This document shows, in pieces, positions 9,940 to 20,389 of a DNA stretch of 64,000 nucleotides; within the stretch, counting starts at the first letter, position 1, and every line of letters starts with the position of its first letter. The notes under the pieces were generated by a model that saw only the letters and a list, made by a program, of their open reading frames with translations, had not been told where the DNA came from and did not search any database. Source of the DNA: Acidobacteriota bacterium (lineage in GTDB: Bacteria; Acidobacteriota; UBA6911; RPQK01; JADFOI01); contig OY760074.1 of the NCBI GenBank assembly GCA_963663035.1, positions 3,392,001-3,456,000 on the forward strand, written 5' to 3'. Both the position numbers and the translations under genes were made by a program.

Positions 9940-11241
9940 TTACTGCGATGTCTCGCCGGTCCACCGTGCCCTCAAGGCGGCGCGATCGACTTCCGTTCCG
10001 CGGAGATAGACTGCGGCGATTCGCCGCGTATTCGTGATGTCGTCGAGCGGATTTGCGTCCAGTACGATGAAGTCCGCGCTCTTGCCCGCCTCCACCGTGC
10101 CGACGTCAGTGAGTTGCAGCAGATCGGCCGAGTTGCGGGTCGCAGCCGTGATGACCTGAGCCGGCGTCATCCCTGCCGCCACCATTTCCACCATCTCGAT
10201 GGGCGGCCTCCAAGCGTCGCTTCCGTCCGTGCCAAAGCCGATCCGAACGCCCGCCGCATGGAGCTTTGCCAGATTGCGGGCCTGGATTCCGAACGCCTCC
10301 TGGACGGCTGGCCGGTCCGTGCTCGCCTCTTGAAGTTGCTGCAACTCTTCGGCGGGGACAGTCTCGCCGAGCCAACTCATGTCCATCGCAACTCCTTGAT
10401 CGGAAAGGGTCGGCACGAGGAACACGTTCGGGCGCTCCCTGAACAGCTCAACGATCTCCTCGTCAATGTCCTTGTCCCGGATTCCATGAGCGAACGCGTC
10501 GATGCCCGCCCGGAGGAGCCCCTTCGCATCCTCGAGCGTAAAGATATGGGCCGTGACGCGGAGGTTGTGCTTGTGGGCCTCGTCGATGATTGCGCCATAC
10601 AGGGCTGGGCTCAACTTCTCGTACTGGCCATTTCGGTCGTCGACCCAGATCTTGACTAGGTCGACCCTCCTCTCGGCCAGCTCCTGGACGGCCGTCCGGG
10701 CCTCGTCTTCGCTTGTGATCCAGTACGGCAGCTCAGAGCGCCCCGGCTCCGGCGTCGTAATCCCAAGTCCTGCGGTGCGCGATCGCGCGGCGTTGGGGAT
10801 CGTTTCTTCCCGTATCTGGAACGCTAGATCGCCGACATCACGGCCGAGGCTCATCACCACGCCGACCCCGTAGTACGCCAGATGCTGCAACTGATCAACG
10901 AATTCCTCTCGAGTCCCCGCCAGGTGCTTGTGGGTGTCGATTATCGCCGGCATGACGGTCTTGCCGGTCAGATCCACACGCGTCGCGCTCGCCGGAACGT
11001 CGAGCTGCCCTCTTCGGCCGACCGCGGTGAACCGATCGTTCTCAACGATGAATGCGGCATCCTCGATGGGCTCGCTGCCGTTCCCAACAATGAGCCGCGC
11101 CCCCTCGAACACCGTCACGGTTGTCGCCTGCGGCGCCTCGACCGTCTCCGGCGTTGAACAACCCGTTACCAAGAAGAGAGCGATCGAAAACAGACTCGCA
11201 AGGAACCTCACCTGGCGTGATTCCGCATTGACACGGCGCAT
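9940..11241 (-). CDS. Amidohydrolase family lipoprotein (imidazolonepropionase-like, distinct from the YtcJ-like set)
   Basis: VTGC lipobox; DTHKH, VKIWVD, TAHIF, FAHG, FGTDG and GKSADF motifs. Confidence 0.9.
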   Translation of the reverse strand: MRRVNAESRQVRFLASLFSIALFLVTGCSTPETVEAPQATTVTVFEGARLIVGNGSEPIEDAAFIVENDRFTAVGRRGQLDVPASATRVDLTGKTVMPAIIDTHKHLAGTREEFVDQLQHLAYYGVGVVMSLGRDVGDLAFQIREETIPNAARSRTAGLGITTPEPGRSELPYWITSEDEARTAVQELAERRVDLVKIWVDDRNGQYEKLSPALYGAIIDEAHKHNLRVTAHIFTLEDAKGLLRAGIDAFAHGIRDKDIDEEIVELFRERPNVFLVPTLSDQGVAMDMSWLGETVPAEELQQLQEASTDRPAVQEAFGIQARNLAKLHAAGVRIGFGTDGSDAWRPPIEMVEMVAAGMTPAQVITAATRNSADLLQLTDVGTVEAGKSADFIVLDANPLDDITNTRRIAAVYLRGTEVDRAALRARWTGETSQ

Positions 11242-11290
11242 AGAAACCTCCTGCCTGTTACTGAAATTGCGATGGTCAGCGAACCCTCAC

Positions 11291-11353
11291 AGTAAATAAG
11301 AAGTTACTTTCTGGAGGCAAGTCTATCAGGGAGGGGAAAGTAGGGCAACAGAG
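11291..11353 (-). promoter_or_regulatory. 63-bp promoter cassette, copy 1
   Basis: TTGCCC-17-TAGACT on the minus strand; homologous to 15332-15394. Confidence 0.7.
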
Positions 11354-11635
11354 TACTTTTTGAGCGCTCTGGGCCGAGAAAGAGGGTAGAGAATGGTTGT
11401 GAAGCGCCTGCCAGGCCGCCCAGCGCGGTACCACCCTTCAGGAATCGCCTCCTATCAGATTGCGTAGAAAACACTGGCTTTGCTGAGCCCCTTCAGGACT
11501 CGTAATGCGTGCTCGTCTCCGCCACATTGATGGTGAGTGTTTCTGACTTAACTGGGGAACCAGATTCATTTTTAAGGCGCCCGGAGCCACGTTGCCGAAC
11601 CATTTTGACCCGTTCGGTGGTAAAGCGTTCTTGCC

Positions 11636-11664
11636 TTGCACTTATTACATGAGCGGTTTAGGAT
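11636..11664 (+). promoter_or_regulatory. Putative sigma70 promoter
   Basis: TTGCAC-17-TAGGAT upstream of the SoxC-like gene. Confidence 0.45.
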
Positions 11665-11736
11665 ATCTTCATGAACCCAGCGAAGTACCACAACACAAAT
11701 TGAGAACGGGCTCATCATCGGAGGGGGACAACACCT

Positions 11737-12993
11737 ATGGAGGCCAAGAAAGGTGGCCGCAGACGATTCCTGAGTGGCGCGTTAGCCGGTTTGATGGTAG
11801 GAGGGACTCGGTCCGAGAGCGGCCAGGCACTCGGGGCCCAAACACCCGAAGTACCCTCCGGAGACCTCCTCGCCTATGGCGAGCGCTCACGTTTCGAGAC
11901 CTCCAAACGCACGAGCCAGGGCTCTTTTTCCTGGCTCTTCAACCGTAGGCCCGATTTGTTGACGCCGCTTCAGGACTCGTTGGGAATCATCACGCCGCCC
12001 TCCCTTCATTACGAGGTCTCTCACGGCAGCCAGCCCCCGGACATCGACCCCAGCCGGTATCGTCTCACGATCCAGGGCCTTGTGGACAGACCTCGGAGTT
12101 TCACGCTGGATGAGTTGAAGCGTCAGCCGTTCGTATCGCGGATTCGTTTCCTCGAGTGCGCCGGAAATACAACTTCCCACCTTCGGCAGGCGCAGAATGC
12201 CGAGACAGTGCAGCTTTCGCACGGATTCACCAGCTGCAGCGAATGGACCGGCGTGCCGCTCTCCCTGTTGCTCCAGAAGACTGGCGTGCAAGAAGGAGCA
12301 GGCTGGTTGGTTGCAGAAGGTGCAGAGGCGGGAAAGCATATCAGGAGTATTCCGTTGGAGAAGGCCAGAAAAGACGTGATCGTAGCCTACGGCCAAAATG
12401 GTGAACCGCTGCGACCCGAGAATGGGTACCCCTTGCGGCTGGTGGTCCCCGGCCTTGCAGGATTTTACAGCGTTAAGTGGTTGAGACGAATCAAGCTGTC
12501 GGATCAGCCCCACCTGGTCCATCAGGGACGCTTCAGGCACTCGCCGTCGCAGGACGATTCGGGTGGGTTCCGTTTCGAGATAGGACCGAAATCGGTCATC
12601 ACTTTCCCTTCCGGCGGGCAACGGTTGCCCAGCCGCGGATTTTTTATGATCGGCGGCCTGGCATGGTCCGGTGGGGGCGCCATCCGCACGGTCGAAGTAT
12701 CTTCCGACGGCGGCCGAAGCTGGAAGGAAGCGCAGCTTCAGGATCCGGTGCTTCCAATCGCCCATACCCGGTTTAGCTTTGCCTGGAATTGGCACGGAGA
12801 AGAGGCCATACTCCAGTCCCGCTGCACGGATGAACTGGGCCAGGTTCAACCGACGCTTGCTGAGTTTGCCCGATCCAAGGGCGTCACCCGGGAGCAATTG
12901 CTATCAGGCTCGATACGAGAGGTCGGTCACTTCAATGTCATTCAACCCTGGAAGGTGACCCGCGATGGGAGCGTTCACAATGCGCTGACGTGA
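11737..12993 (+). CDS. Sulfite oxidase-family molybdoenzyme (SoxC/SorA-like), Tat-exported
   Basis: GRRRFL signal; TPLQDSLGIITP, FLECAGN (Mo-Cys), EWTGVPL, QNGEPLRPENGYPLRL and VKWL motifs. Confidence 0.92.
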   Translation: MEAKKGGRRRFLSGALAGLMVGGTRSESGQALGAQTPEVPSGDLLAYGERSRFETSKRTSQGSFSWLFNRRPDLLTPLQDSLGIITPPSLHYEVSHGSQPPDIDPSRYRLTIQGLVDRPRSFTLDELKRQPFVSRIRFLECAGNTTSHLRQAQNAETVQLSHGFTSCSEWTGVPLSLLLQKTGVQEGAGWLVAEGAEAGKHIRSIPLEKARKDVIVAYGQNGEPLRPENGYPLRLVVPGLAGFYSVKWLRRIKLSDQPHLVHQGRFRHSPSQDDSGGFRFEIGPKSVITFPSGGQRLPSRGFFMIGGLAWSGGGAIRTVEVSSDGGRSWKEAQLQDPVLPIAHTRFSFAWNWHGEEAILQSRCTDELGQVQPTLAEFARSKGVTREQLLSGSIREVGHFNVIQPWKVTRDGSVHNALT

Positions 12994-13481
12994 AGGGCCC
13001 CGGCCTGCGACCTCGCCTATTACCCGGACAGTCTCCAAGCTTAGAATTACACAAGTTCTCCCTGCAGGCCTACTCCGATCTATTGGACCTGATCTCAACC
13101 ATTGCTGGGTACAATGGCCAAGAGAACGCCGCTCTGATGTTCAACGGACTCACGGTATCGATCCATACTCGAGCTAACGCACTCAAGCTAAACATCCAGC
13201 TTAAGCTTCTCCAGACCGGCGTTGACGTGCCAGAGACCTCCGCAGCAGCAGGTCCAAATAGCGAGGGTCATCGCGGAGGGGGTCCAAAAGTTGGACTGGC
13301 TTGAGTTGATTCCTGTGATCTCAGAACTGAGTTAGGTGTAGTTTAGCTGATCTGATCCTTCTTCATTCTCGTGTCCAGCAGCTGTCGGTGCTGGTCTTCC
13401 TTTTCCACCTGAAGGAACTCAAAACCAATTGAGTTGACGTATTTGCCCTTTTCTCACGGTGGCAGCTCAAATCAGGAGCCT

Positions 13482-15287
13482 TCACCGCTTTGATAGGTTT
13501 GAGACGGCGACGCGTTCACGCGCGGCACGCTTACGATTCGTACTGATGATGTAAACGGTAGCCGCGGCAATCAGAACGATGATCAGGCTCCCAACATTGA
13601 AAACGCCCTTCTGTGAATACCAAACAATCAGGTAGCCGACGCTACCGGGCAATAAGGCATAGTACAGGAAGGGGAACAAGGTCTTGCGAATAACCGATCC
13701 CTCTTTTCCAAGCAAACCAACCACAGCGGACGCGGCGACAACGTTATGGACGCAAATGATATTTCCCGCCGCTCCTCCCACAGCTTGAAGAGCCACGATC
13801 CAGGTAGGGTCTACCCCAATCCGCTGGCCCACCCCGAATTGAAACAGCGAAAACATCATGTTGCTGACCGTATTACTGCCTGCCACGGCAGCGCCAAATC
13901 CGCCAATGAAAGGCGCGAAGATGGGCCAGGCGGAGCCGACCAAGGCAGCGACCCCTTCAGCTAAAGCAATCGGCATATTGTCATAACCGGCTGCCCCTCC
14001 GCCCGAGTTGATGAACACCTGGACCATGGGAACTGTAAAGACAAGCGCTGCAGAAGCACCCACCATTGCCTTTGCCGAGTTCCAAGAGGCACGCTTGAAG
14101 GCTGAGAAATCCATCTGATGTAAGAAGATGGTAATAAAACAGACCGCCAGAAAAATTGTTCCCGGCAGATAGAGAGGCTGAGCGGTTGCCGTAATTTCAG
14201 TGCCGAGGATGTTGGGTATCATTATGGTCCAGGATCTGAGCAGGTCGCTGAATGGCAACACCCTCAGACGAGTAAAGACCAGAAAAAGGGCGACCAGAAC
14301 ATAGGGAGACCAAGCCTTCATCATACTCATACCACCGCTGCGATGAGTCACATCCTTGATTTCGATAGATCCCGTCCACTCCGGATCCCAATTTTCTCTG
14401 GAGTCAAAGTTCCAGTACTCTTTCTCTGATGGCATCAGAAGACCTTTTTTTGCCGCGGTTATGACAATGGCTAGGCCGATTAGTCCGCCAAGGATCGCTG
14501 GGAATTCAGGTCCGAGCAAGTAGGCAACGATGATATAGGGTATGGTCATTGAGAAGGCGGCGAACAGGGCAAACTTCCACACCTGGAGACCCTCGGCGAA
14601 GGACTTGTTCTTGCCAAAGAACCGTGTCATGAAGGCCACCACGAAGAGAGGAATCAGAGTTCCAGCGATAGCGTGCAAACTGGCTACTTTCAACCCAATC
14701 ATGGCCAGGAACTGCGGCCAGTCGTATCCCAATTGTTGGGCGAACGCCGCAATTGATTCATCCGCTGACAAGCCGGTATGGACTCCCACCAGGATTGGAG
14801 TTCCCATAGCGCCAAAAGAGACCGGGGTACTCTGAATGATCATCCCCGCCACAACAGCCGCCATGCCGGGAAATCCAAGACCCACCATTAGAGGAACGGC
14901 TACGGCGGCGGGCGTGCCAAAGCCGGATGAGCCTTCGATGAACGACCCAAAAAGCCAGGCGATAATAATCACCTGAATTCGCCGGTCCGGTGTAATGTCG
15001 GTAAAACCTTGCCGAATCGTCCTCATTGCCCCGCTTTCCTGGAGGGTGTTTAACAGTAGAATGGCTCCAAAAATGATATAAAGCAGTGTTGCCGCAACTA
15101 CCAGGCCCCTAATGGAGGCTGCAGCTGCCTGGGCCATTGAAATCTTCCATACAAAGAGAGCGAGGCCAACCGCCACAATGTAAGAAATCGGCATAGCCTT
15201 ACTGGCAGGCCATCGCAGAATCACGAGAAATAAGGCAACTGCCGCAATCGGCATCAAAGAAAGGATAGCCAGGATTCCTATACTCAT
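13482..15287 (-). CDS. L-lactate permease (LctP family)
   Basis: Polytopic membrane protein; FIEGSSGFGTPAAV, PVSFGAMGTP, AGSNTVSNMMF and GGAAGN motifs. Confidence 0.93.
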   Translation of the reverse strand: MSIGILAILSLMPIAAVALFLVILRWPASKAMPISYIVAVGLALFVWKISMAQAAAASIRGLVVAATLLYIIFGAILLLNTLQESGAMRTIRQGFTDITPDRRIQVIIIAWLFGSFIEGSSGFGTPAAVAVPLMVGLGFPGMAAVVAGMIIQSTPVSFGAMGTPILVGVHTGLSADESIAAFAQQLGYDWPQFLAMIGLKVASLHAIAGTLIPLFVVAFMTRFFGKNKSFAEGLQVWKFALFAAFSMTIPYIIVAYLLGPEFPAILGGLIGLAIVITAAKKGLLMPSEKEYWNFDSRENWDPEWTGSIEIKDVTHRSGGMSMMKAWSPYVLVALFLVFTRLRVLPFSDLLRSWTIMIPNILGTEITATAQPLYLPGTIFLAVCFITIFLHQMDFSAFKRASWNSAKAMVGASAALVFTVPMVQVFINSGGGAAGYDNMPIALAEGVAALVGSAWPIFAPFIGGFGAAVAGSNTVSNMMFSLFQFGVGQRIGVDPTWIVALQAVGGAAGNIICVHNVVAASAVVGLLGKEGSVIRKTLFPFLYYALLPGSVGYLIVWYSQKGVFNVGSLIIVLIAAATVYIISTNRKRAARERVAVSNLSKR

Positions 15288-15331
15288 GTATCAATCCCCC
15301 CCTTTGGGCAGAGTCCTAAAGCTGTGTAAAT

Positions 15332-15394
15332 AGTAAATAAGAAGTTGCTTTCTGGAGGCCAGTCTATCTGGGAGGGAAAAGCAGGTCAACAGAG
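15332..15394 (-). promoter_or_regulatory. 63-bp promoter cassette, copy 2
   Basis: TTGACC-17-TAGACT on the minus strand; homologous to 11291-11353. Confidence 0.7.
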
Positions 15395-16930
15395 CGAATT
15401 GCCTCATCAAGAATCTATCCGAAAGGGCCCCGTTGCCTCACGTAAAAATCTATTCGAAAGGGTATTGGTTGCCTCATTAAAAAATCTATCCGAAAGGGAT
15501 TGCAGGAAGGGGTGGAAAAAAGCACCAGCCAGAGGAGTGGCAAAGTCTTGTTCAACACCCGCAGCCTGTAGCCAGAGAAAGATTTTCACATCCAGCCCGC
15601 TTCGCATCGTTTCTTCTGTTCAGGAGTCAGTTTGAGTAAAAGGCAATTCTGAAGCCAGCCGATCTGCCGTGCCAGCTGGGCTGGATTGAGCTCCTCATAC
15701 TCTTGGGCCAGTTCCCGCTTGATCTTGTCCGCCACCTCAGGGGACTGGCAGATCCGCCGGTAGGGAGTTCTGGGCACATCATACGTTTTCCAGATCCGAG
15801 ACCCTCGACGTTGCTTGGCCACCATCTTCATGACCGGCTTGAAAAAGTTGATCTGCAGTCGCAGCCGATCGTACAACTCGTTGACCAGTTCCAGTTCTCG
15901 CTCTCCCTCGTAGCGAGCATAACCCACGGCCCGCCGAACCACCGAATAGTTTTTCTGTTCCACATAAGGGTTGTCATTCTTGCGCGAGGGGCGGGTGCGG
16001 GTGAAGGTGATCTTGTGCTGCTCACAAAAACGAATCAAGTGTGGGTTGATGAACTCGCCGCCGTTGTCCGAAGCGATCCCCAGCCAGGGAAAGGCGAGCG
16101 CGCTTCTGCAGGAGCTTCATCGCTTCCAGGACCCACACCTGGGCCTTATTGCGCACCGCTCGCACCTCCGTCCAGCCCGTGTACACATCCGTTACATCCA
16201 GGGTTTGACAGTAATCCCCCCGCCCTATGCCTCCCTCATGGCCCACCAGGTCCACTTCCAAAAACCCGGGGCGATCCTCTTGCCAGTCGGCGAAACGCTT
16301 GATCGGAATCTGGTGTTTGAGCAGCGTCCCCGGCTTGGTCCCGGATCGCCCCTTGAGCTGATGCTTGCGCCTCTCGGGCTCCAGCAGCCGATCGATGGTG
16401 GCGGCGCTGATCTGGATCAACCGCTCTCGTGTCCTGGCATCCACTTTCAGCTCCCCATGTCTTTCTAAAATCGGCACCACTTCCGGCAAAATGGCCACCA
16501 GACGTTTCCCACACAAATAGTCCAGTATTTTCCAGATGATCTTGAGCGCCTCCACAACTTTCTGGTCGTATTTGCGGGCCCGCTGCCCACCACCTTTCTT
16601 GCCCACATCCCCCAGAGCCACCACTTTGGGGCTCAACCAAATCCGCTTGCCCTGGTGGCGAAGCAGATAGGCCCCATAGCAGCGGTTGTAGCCCGTCATC
16701 TCGGTAAACTCCGTCAGCACTTCCCCCTTCACCTTCTTGCGCTTCTTCCGGTAGCGGGGGGCAAAGCTTTTGATCAAGACACGCTTTTCGCTCATCGTTA
16801 ACCTCATGGGTGCCCTCCATTCCTTCATGGAGGACACTTCTATTCCCCTGCCTACGCACAGGCAATTTCGAATAGATTTTTAAATGAGGCAACGAATCCC
16901 TTTCGAATAGATTTTTGATGAGGCAATTCG
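15395..16930 (-). mobile_element. IS element with rve/DDE transposase and iterated end repeats (ISNCY-like; family not certain)
   Basis: Terminal IR CGAATTGCCTCATCAA(G/A)AATCTAT(C/T)CGAAAGGG, with 3 iterations at the left end and 2 at the right. The ends may extend to 15384 and 16941. Confidence 0.85.
15586..16807 (-). pseudogene. Integrase-core DDE transposase, frameshifted
   Basis: PGFLEVDLVGH, SDNGGEFIN and KNDNPYVEQKN motifs; frame break near 16100. Confidence 0.88.
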
Positions 16931-16935
16931 TGTCC

Positions 16936-16968
16936 TTGACAAGCCCAGTCGTGATAACTAGACTGGGC
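16936..16968 (+). promoter_or_regulatory. Outward-facing sigma70 promoter at the IS end, with overlapping inverted repeat
   Basis: TTGACA-17-TAGACT; GCCCAGTC...GACTGGGC. Confidence 0.6.
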
Positions 16969-17002
16969 GCACCAGAAAAGAAGTCCAAACGACATGAGTA
17001 GA

Positions 17003-17106
17003 AATTGCCTCACTGCTTTGGCGAGATGTTTCCAACAAGAAACAGGAAAGAATTGGGAATTATGCTCTTCAATATGGTGCTCTTCAATAAGGAAGAGTGT
17101 GTCGAC
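17003..17106 (+). repeat. 104-bp repeat, copy A (inverted partner at 25018-25121)
   Basis: 2 mismatches to the reverse complement of 25018-25121; contains GCTCTTCAATA twice. Confidence 0.92.
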
Positions 17107-17341
17107 TCACCGTGACCGCTAAGCAAGGTATAGCCCTGGCCACGGTATCGTTGCCATTCTCGTCTTCAAGGTCGCCGAAGAGTCTCCGGAGCATCAAGCG
17201 TTCAAGCTCAGAAACGTGGCCCGTGCTTTAGGCACCGATGACCCACCCAGCCCCATCGAACCCGTAACAGGCAGCGACGGTGAAATTGAACTGTTCGGAT
17301 CGGCGCCCCCTGTTGCGGCGTGCTTTTCTTACATGCACTGA
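17105..17341 (+). pseudogene. 5'-truncated cohesin-like gene with ACFSYMH tail (not in the ORF track)
   Basis: HGIVAILVFKVAEE...VTGSDGEIELFGSAPPVAACFSYMH* with TGA at 17339-17341; aligns with the C-terminal halves of 19811-20377 and 41876-42445. Confidence 0.85.
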
Positions 17342-17569
17342 ACGACAACGGATCGGTTGGAAATGCGCTCAGCGGACCACTTGCCTTGGGCGAGACAGAG
17401 ACTGACTCTATCCACGCGAGTCAGCCGCCCGGGCAAGCTAGCCAGGAGTACAAATTTAAATTGGCCGTGTAGGCTATTCAGGGTGAGGAATATACATTCC
17501 CGGTGCGCTGAATAGAAGTAGAAAGTGGAGGTCAAGCGTTGTTGAGGTGTTCTATGAAGGAGGTGTTCT

Positions 17570-19285
17570 ATGAAGAAGGAGAGTTGGTTTTTTCGTAGGG
17601 TTTCGGTGTGGGTGTTTTCTTTCGTGAGCGTGGGTTTGGCTGGGGCTCAGAGCCTACCCCGGGAAGTGATCGCCTATGCCGACATGGTGTTGTACAACGG
17701 CAAGATTCTGACCGTCGATGAGCAGTTCTCGATCGCCGAAGCAGCAGCCATTCGAGATGGAAAGTTTCTGGCGGTAGGAGACAAGGAGAAAATCCTTGCC
17801 ATGGCGGGGCCCCAGACCCGGCGAGTGGACTTGCAGGGACGCAGCATGGTTCCGGGATTTATCGACACCCACCTGCACTCGGCCTTTCTCGGCAATATTG
17901 AAAAGGGTGGATTGCCGGTTAAGTTCAAGGATGTCGCCAGCGGTCTGGAGGAGATCCGACAGATCGTGGCGAAGTTTGCTCCGGGAGAGCCGGTTTACAT
18001 AAGAGGACCGAGCGTCAAACCCCTGGTGGCGGACGTCACTTTAGCCCAGCTGGATGCGGCTGCACCTGAGAACCCCATCTCCATTAGCTGCCAAAACAAC
18101 CAGGTGGTGGTCAACAGCTTGATGCTGGAAAAGGTTCCAGCCGATACGCCGGGTATCTTAAAAGACGCCCAAGGCAAGCCCACCGGTCAGTTGAGAGGAG
18201 GAGCGTCGGGAATTGTTCTCTATGAATTGAGACCCTGGCCGGATGTGGAAGGATTGGTGGTCAAACAGAAACAGGAGTTCAGGGCCTATCTGGCTCAGGG
18301 GCTAACCACCATCATGGGGATCGCCGAGGGTTTGTCGGTGTCCGTCTTCCGGGAGTTGTGGAAAGACGAAGAGCTGGAGCCGCGTGTGCGAGTGATCCAC
18401 GAGTTCTTGCGTCGAAATAGCAGCCCGGAAGCCTATCTGAAGCGAATTGGCAATCTGACCGACTTTGGTGACGACAAACTGAAGATCATGGGGGTCACGG
18501 TCCAAGTGGTGGATGGTTCCACCGGGCCCGGGTCGGCTCTGACCTCCAAGCCAAAGCTGAATTCGCCTTCCGGCGATCCGTACGGGCCGTACGGCCAGAA
18601 CAAGTGGGAGGAAACCGGTGACGTGGCCACCAGCGATCGCCGCAACATCATCCTGGGCAATCGCTATGGCTGGACCATTTCGGGCCTTCACAGCTCCGGA
18701 GACGTGAGCAACACCCTTTTGCTCGATGCTTTTGAAGAGGCGCATCAAGAGAAATCCCTGGTGGGCCGGCACTTTGGGATTGACCACGGCATGATGTGGA
18801 AAACGGAGCACTATGATCGGATCAAGGAGATGGACGTGGTTCCTAGTCTTTATTCCAAAGCGCTTTACAACAATGACAGTCTGGTTCAGATGTACGGGAT
18901 AGACCAGGTGTATACTTTCCAGCCAGTCAAATCCATGATCGCTGCCGGTATCAAACCGGCAGCGGAAGGGGACGCGCGCCCCCCTCACTCAGCTCCCCTG
19001 TTCAATATCACAAAGTGGATTACGCGAAGGGATGATCATGGTCGTCTCATCAATCCGGAGGAGAAGGTCAGCAGACAGGAAGCGCTTTACATGTACACGG
19101 TGTGGGCCGCTCGTTACAGCGGCGAACAGGACATTCTTGGCTCCATCGAACCGGGAAAGCTGGCTGATCTGGTCGTACTGGCGGGCGACTACATGACCTT
19201 CCCCGAAGATGAGCTGGACAAACTTCGGGTCTTGATGACGGTGGTTGGGGGTAAAGTCGTTTACGAGGTGTCCGGGGCTTTTTAG
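17570..19285 (+). CDS. Exported YtcJ-like amidohydrolase (Amidohydrolase_3), type A
   Basis: Signal peptide; PGFIDTHLH, GLHSSGD, IDHG, AEGD and GSIEPGKLADLVVL motifs. Confidence 0.93.
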   Translation: MKKESWFFRRVSVWVFSFVSVGLAGAQSLPREVIAYADMVLYNGKILTVDEQFSIAEAAAIRDGKFLAVGDKEKILAMAGPQTRRVDLQGRSMVPGFIDTHLHSAFLGNIEKGGLPVKFKDVASGLEEIRQIVAKFAPGEPVYIRGPSVKPLVADVTLAQLDAAAPENPISISCQNNQVVVNSLMLEKVPADTPGILKDAQGKPTGQLRGGASGIVLYELRPWPDVEGLVVKQKQEFRAYLAQGLTTIMGIAEGLSVSVFRELWKDEELEPRVRVIHEFLRRNSSPEAYLKRIGNLTDFGDDKLKIMGVTVQVVDGSTGPGSALTSKPKLNSPSGDPYGPYGQNKWEETGDVATSDRRNIILGNRYGWTISGLHSSGDVSNTLLLDAFEEAHQEKSLVGRHFGIDHGMMWKTEHYDRIKEMDVVPSLYSKALYNNDSLVQMYGIDQVYTFQPVKSMIAAGIKPAAEGDARPPHSAPLFNITKWITRRDDHGRLINPEEKVSRQEALYMYTVWAARYSGEQDILGSIEPGKLADLVVLAGDYMTFPEDELDKLRVLMTVVGGKVVYEVSGAF

Positions 19286-19489
19286 TAGGAATTTGCCACC
19301 CGGGCGGCTGCAGCAAGCAAGAAAGGGCTAGGGAATAAGACCGTCCCCCCTCTTAGCTGATTTGCCATTTTGGGATCAAACAATTCATCCAGAAATACAG
19401 GGGGAAAGGTCACAGTTTTCTGGGGTAGAGTGGAAAAGATTGGCCGGTCCATGGCTCGCCTATCCTCTAAGCAACTCTCCAGCAACCAC

Positions 19490-19600
19490 AAGAAGAACAC
19501 TACAGACACAGCTTGGCCACTCAAAGGTTTCTACAACCGACGACATCTACACCCACGTGGAGGACAAGGAACTGGAGAAGACAGCTTCAAGCAGTGAAAA
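19490..19600 (+). pseudogene. Tyrosine recombinase/integrase C-terminal remnant
   Basis: QTQLGHSKVSTTDDIYTHV (LGH...T..YTH box II). Confidence 0.75.
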
Positions 19601-19810
19601 AACTCCCCTTTGTTCCGGACAATAGCCACCTGGCAAGGATCTGTTTTCAGATGAGATCGTAGTCAAAACCCAGGGAGGTCGTTCTGAGTTTTACAGACAT
19701 TGGGGAGAACTGAGGGCCGAAGGATAACCCGTTTTGAGAGGCTGGTCATTCCAGAGGGAGAGTGACTTCGGTCCCACAGCGATCGGCGGCTGAAGTACCG
19801 TAAAGTGGGC

Positions 19811-20377
19811 TCAGTGCATGTAAAAAAAACAGGCTGGAATGGCTGGAATGTATCCCAAAAACAAAATGAAGCCGTCTTCGCCACCGACCTCCAGGAACTG
19901 CCCTTCCTTGGTCTCGGCCGTCTGCCTGAGATTTCGGACAGGAATACGGCTTCCAAGCTCGGTGCCCTCCGGAATCTCGAAGGTGAGTGTACACAACACC
20001 CCCTCCGGTAGGGCTTGCTCCGCACCGATGTCAATTGTAAGGATTTTATCTCCCTCTTCGGAGTCTCGTGTCCGAACGTTCAACTCGGCATGGGCGCCAT
20101 CACTGGCAGAGCCTTTTTGGAAGCTGATGAAGGAAATCTGTTCTGGCGAGTAGGCGATCTCGAGGGATATCTTGCTCACAGACGCCGCTTCCGGCGCGAT
20201 CATGGTGATCGGTATGTCCACCTGCTCACCCGGGCTGACGGTCGCGGTTACCTTCCCCACGTCCAGGTTCACCGGGCGTTCCAACTGGGGAAAGACGACG
20301 GCCCCGATGATAATCATCGGCCAGGGCATCAGGCCATATCTGTGCAAGTATCTCCTTCCGGAGAAGCTGGAAAACAA
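19811..20377 (-). CDS. Small exported cohesin-like protein with IPACFFYMH C-terminal tail
   Basis: Hydrophobic N-terminus; PGEQVDIPI...LEIAY...GVLCTLTFEI cohesin-like pattern; 12 bp downstream of an amidohydrolase. Confidence 0.8.
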   Translation of the reverse strand: MFSSFSGRRYLHRYGLMPWPMIIIGAVVFPQLERPVNLDVGKVTATVSPGEQVDIPITMIAPEAASVSKISLEIAYSPEQISFISFQKGSASDGAHAELNVRTRDSEEGDKILTIDIGAEQALPEGVLCTLTFEIPEGTELGSRIPVRNLRQTAETKEGQFLEVGGEDGFILFLGYIPAIPACFFYMH

Positions 20378-20389
20378 ATCCTAGTAGGC

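Noticed and set aside
12990-13304. 104-aa ORF after the SoxC-like gene as SoxD
   Set aside because: It has no CxxCH or signal peptide and looks like decayed sequence.
15397-15500. Three spaced repeats resembling a mini-CRISPR
   Set aside because: They mirror the inverted repeats at 16867-16929, so they are IS end iterons; the spacers are too short and there are no cas genes.
19811-20377. Cellulosome-type scaffoldin
   Set aside because: It is a single small domain, and I see no dockerin repeats or glycoside hydrolases in the window.
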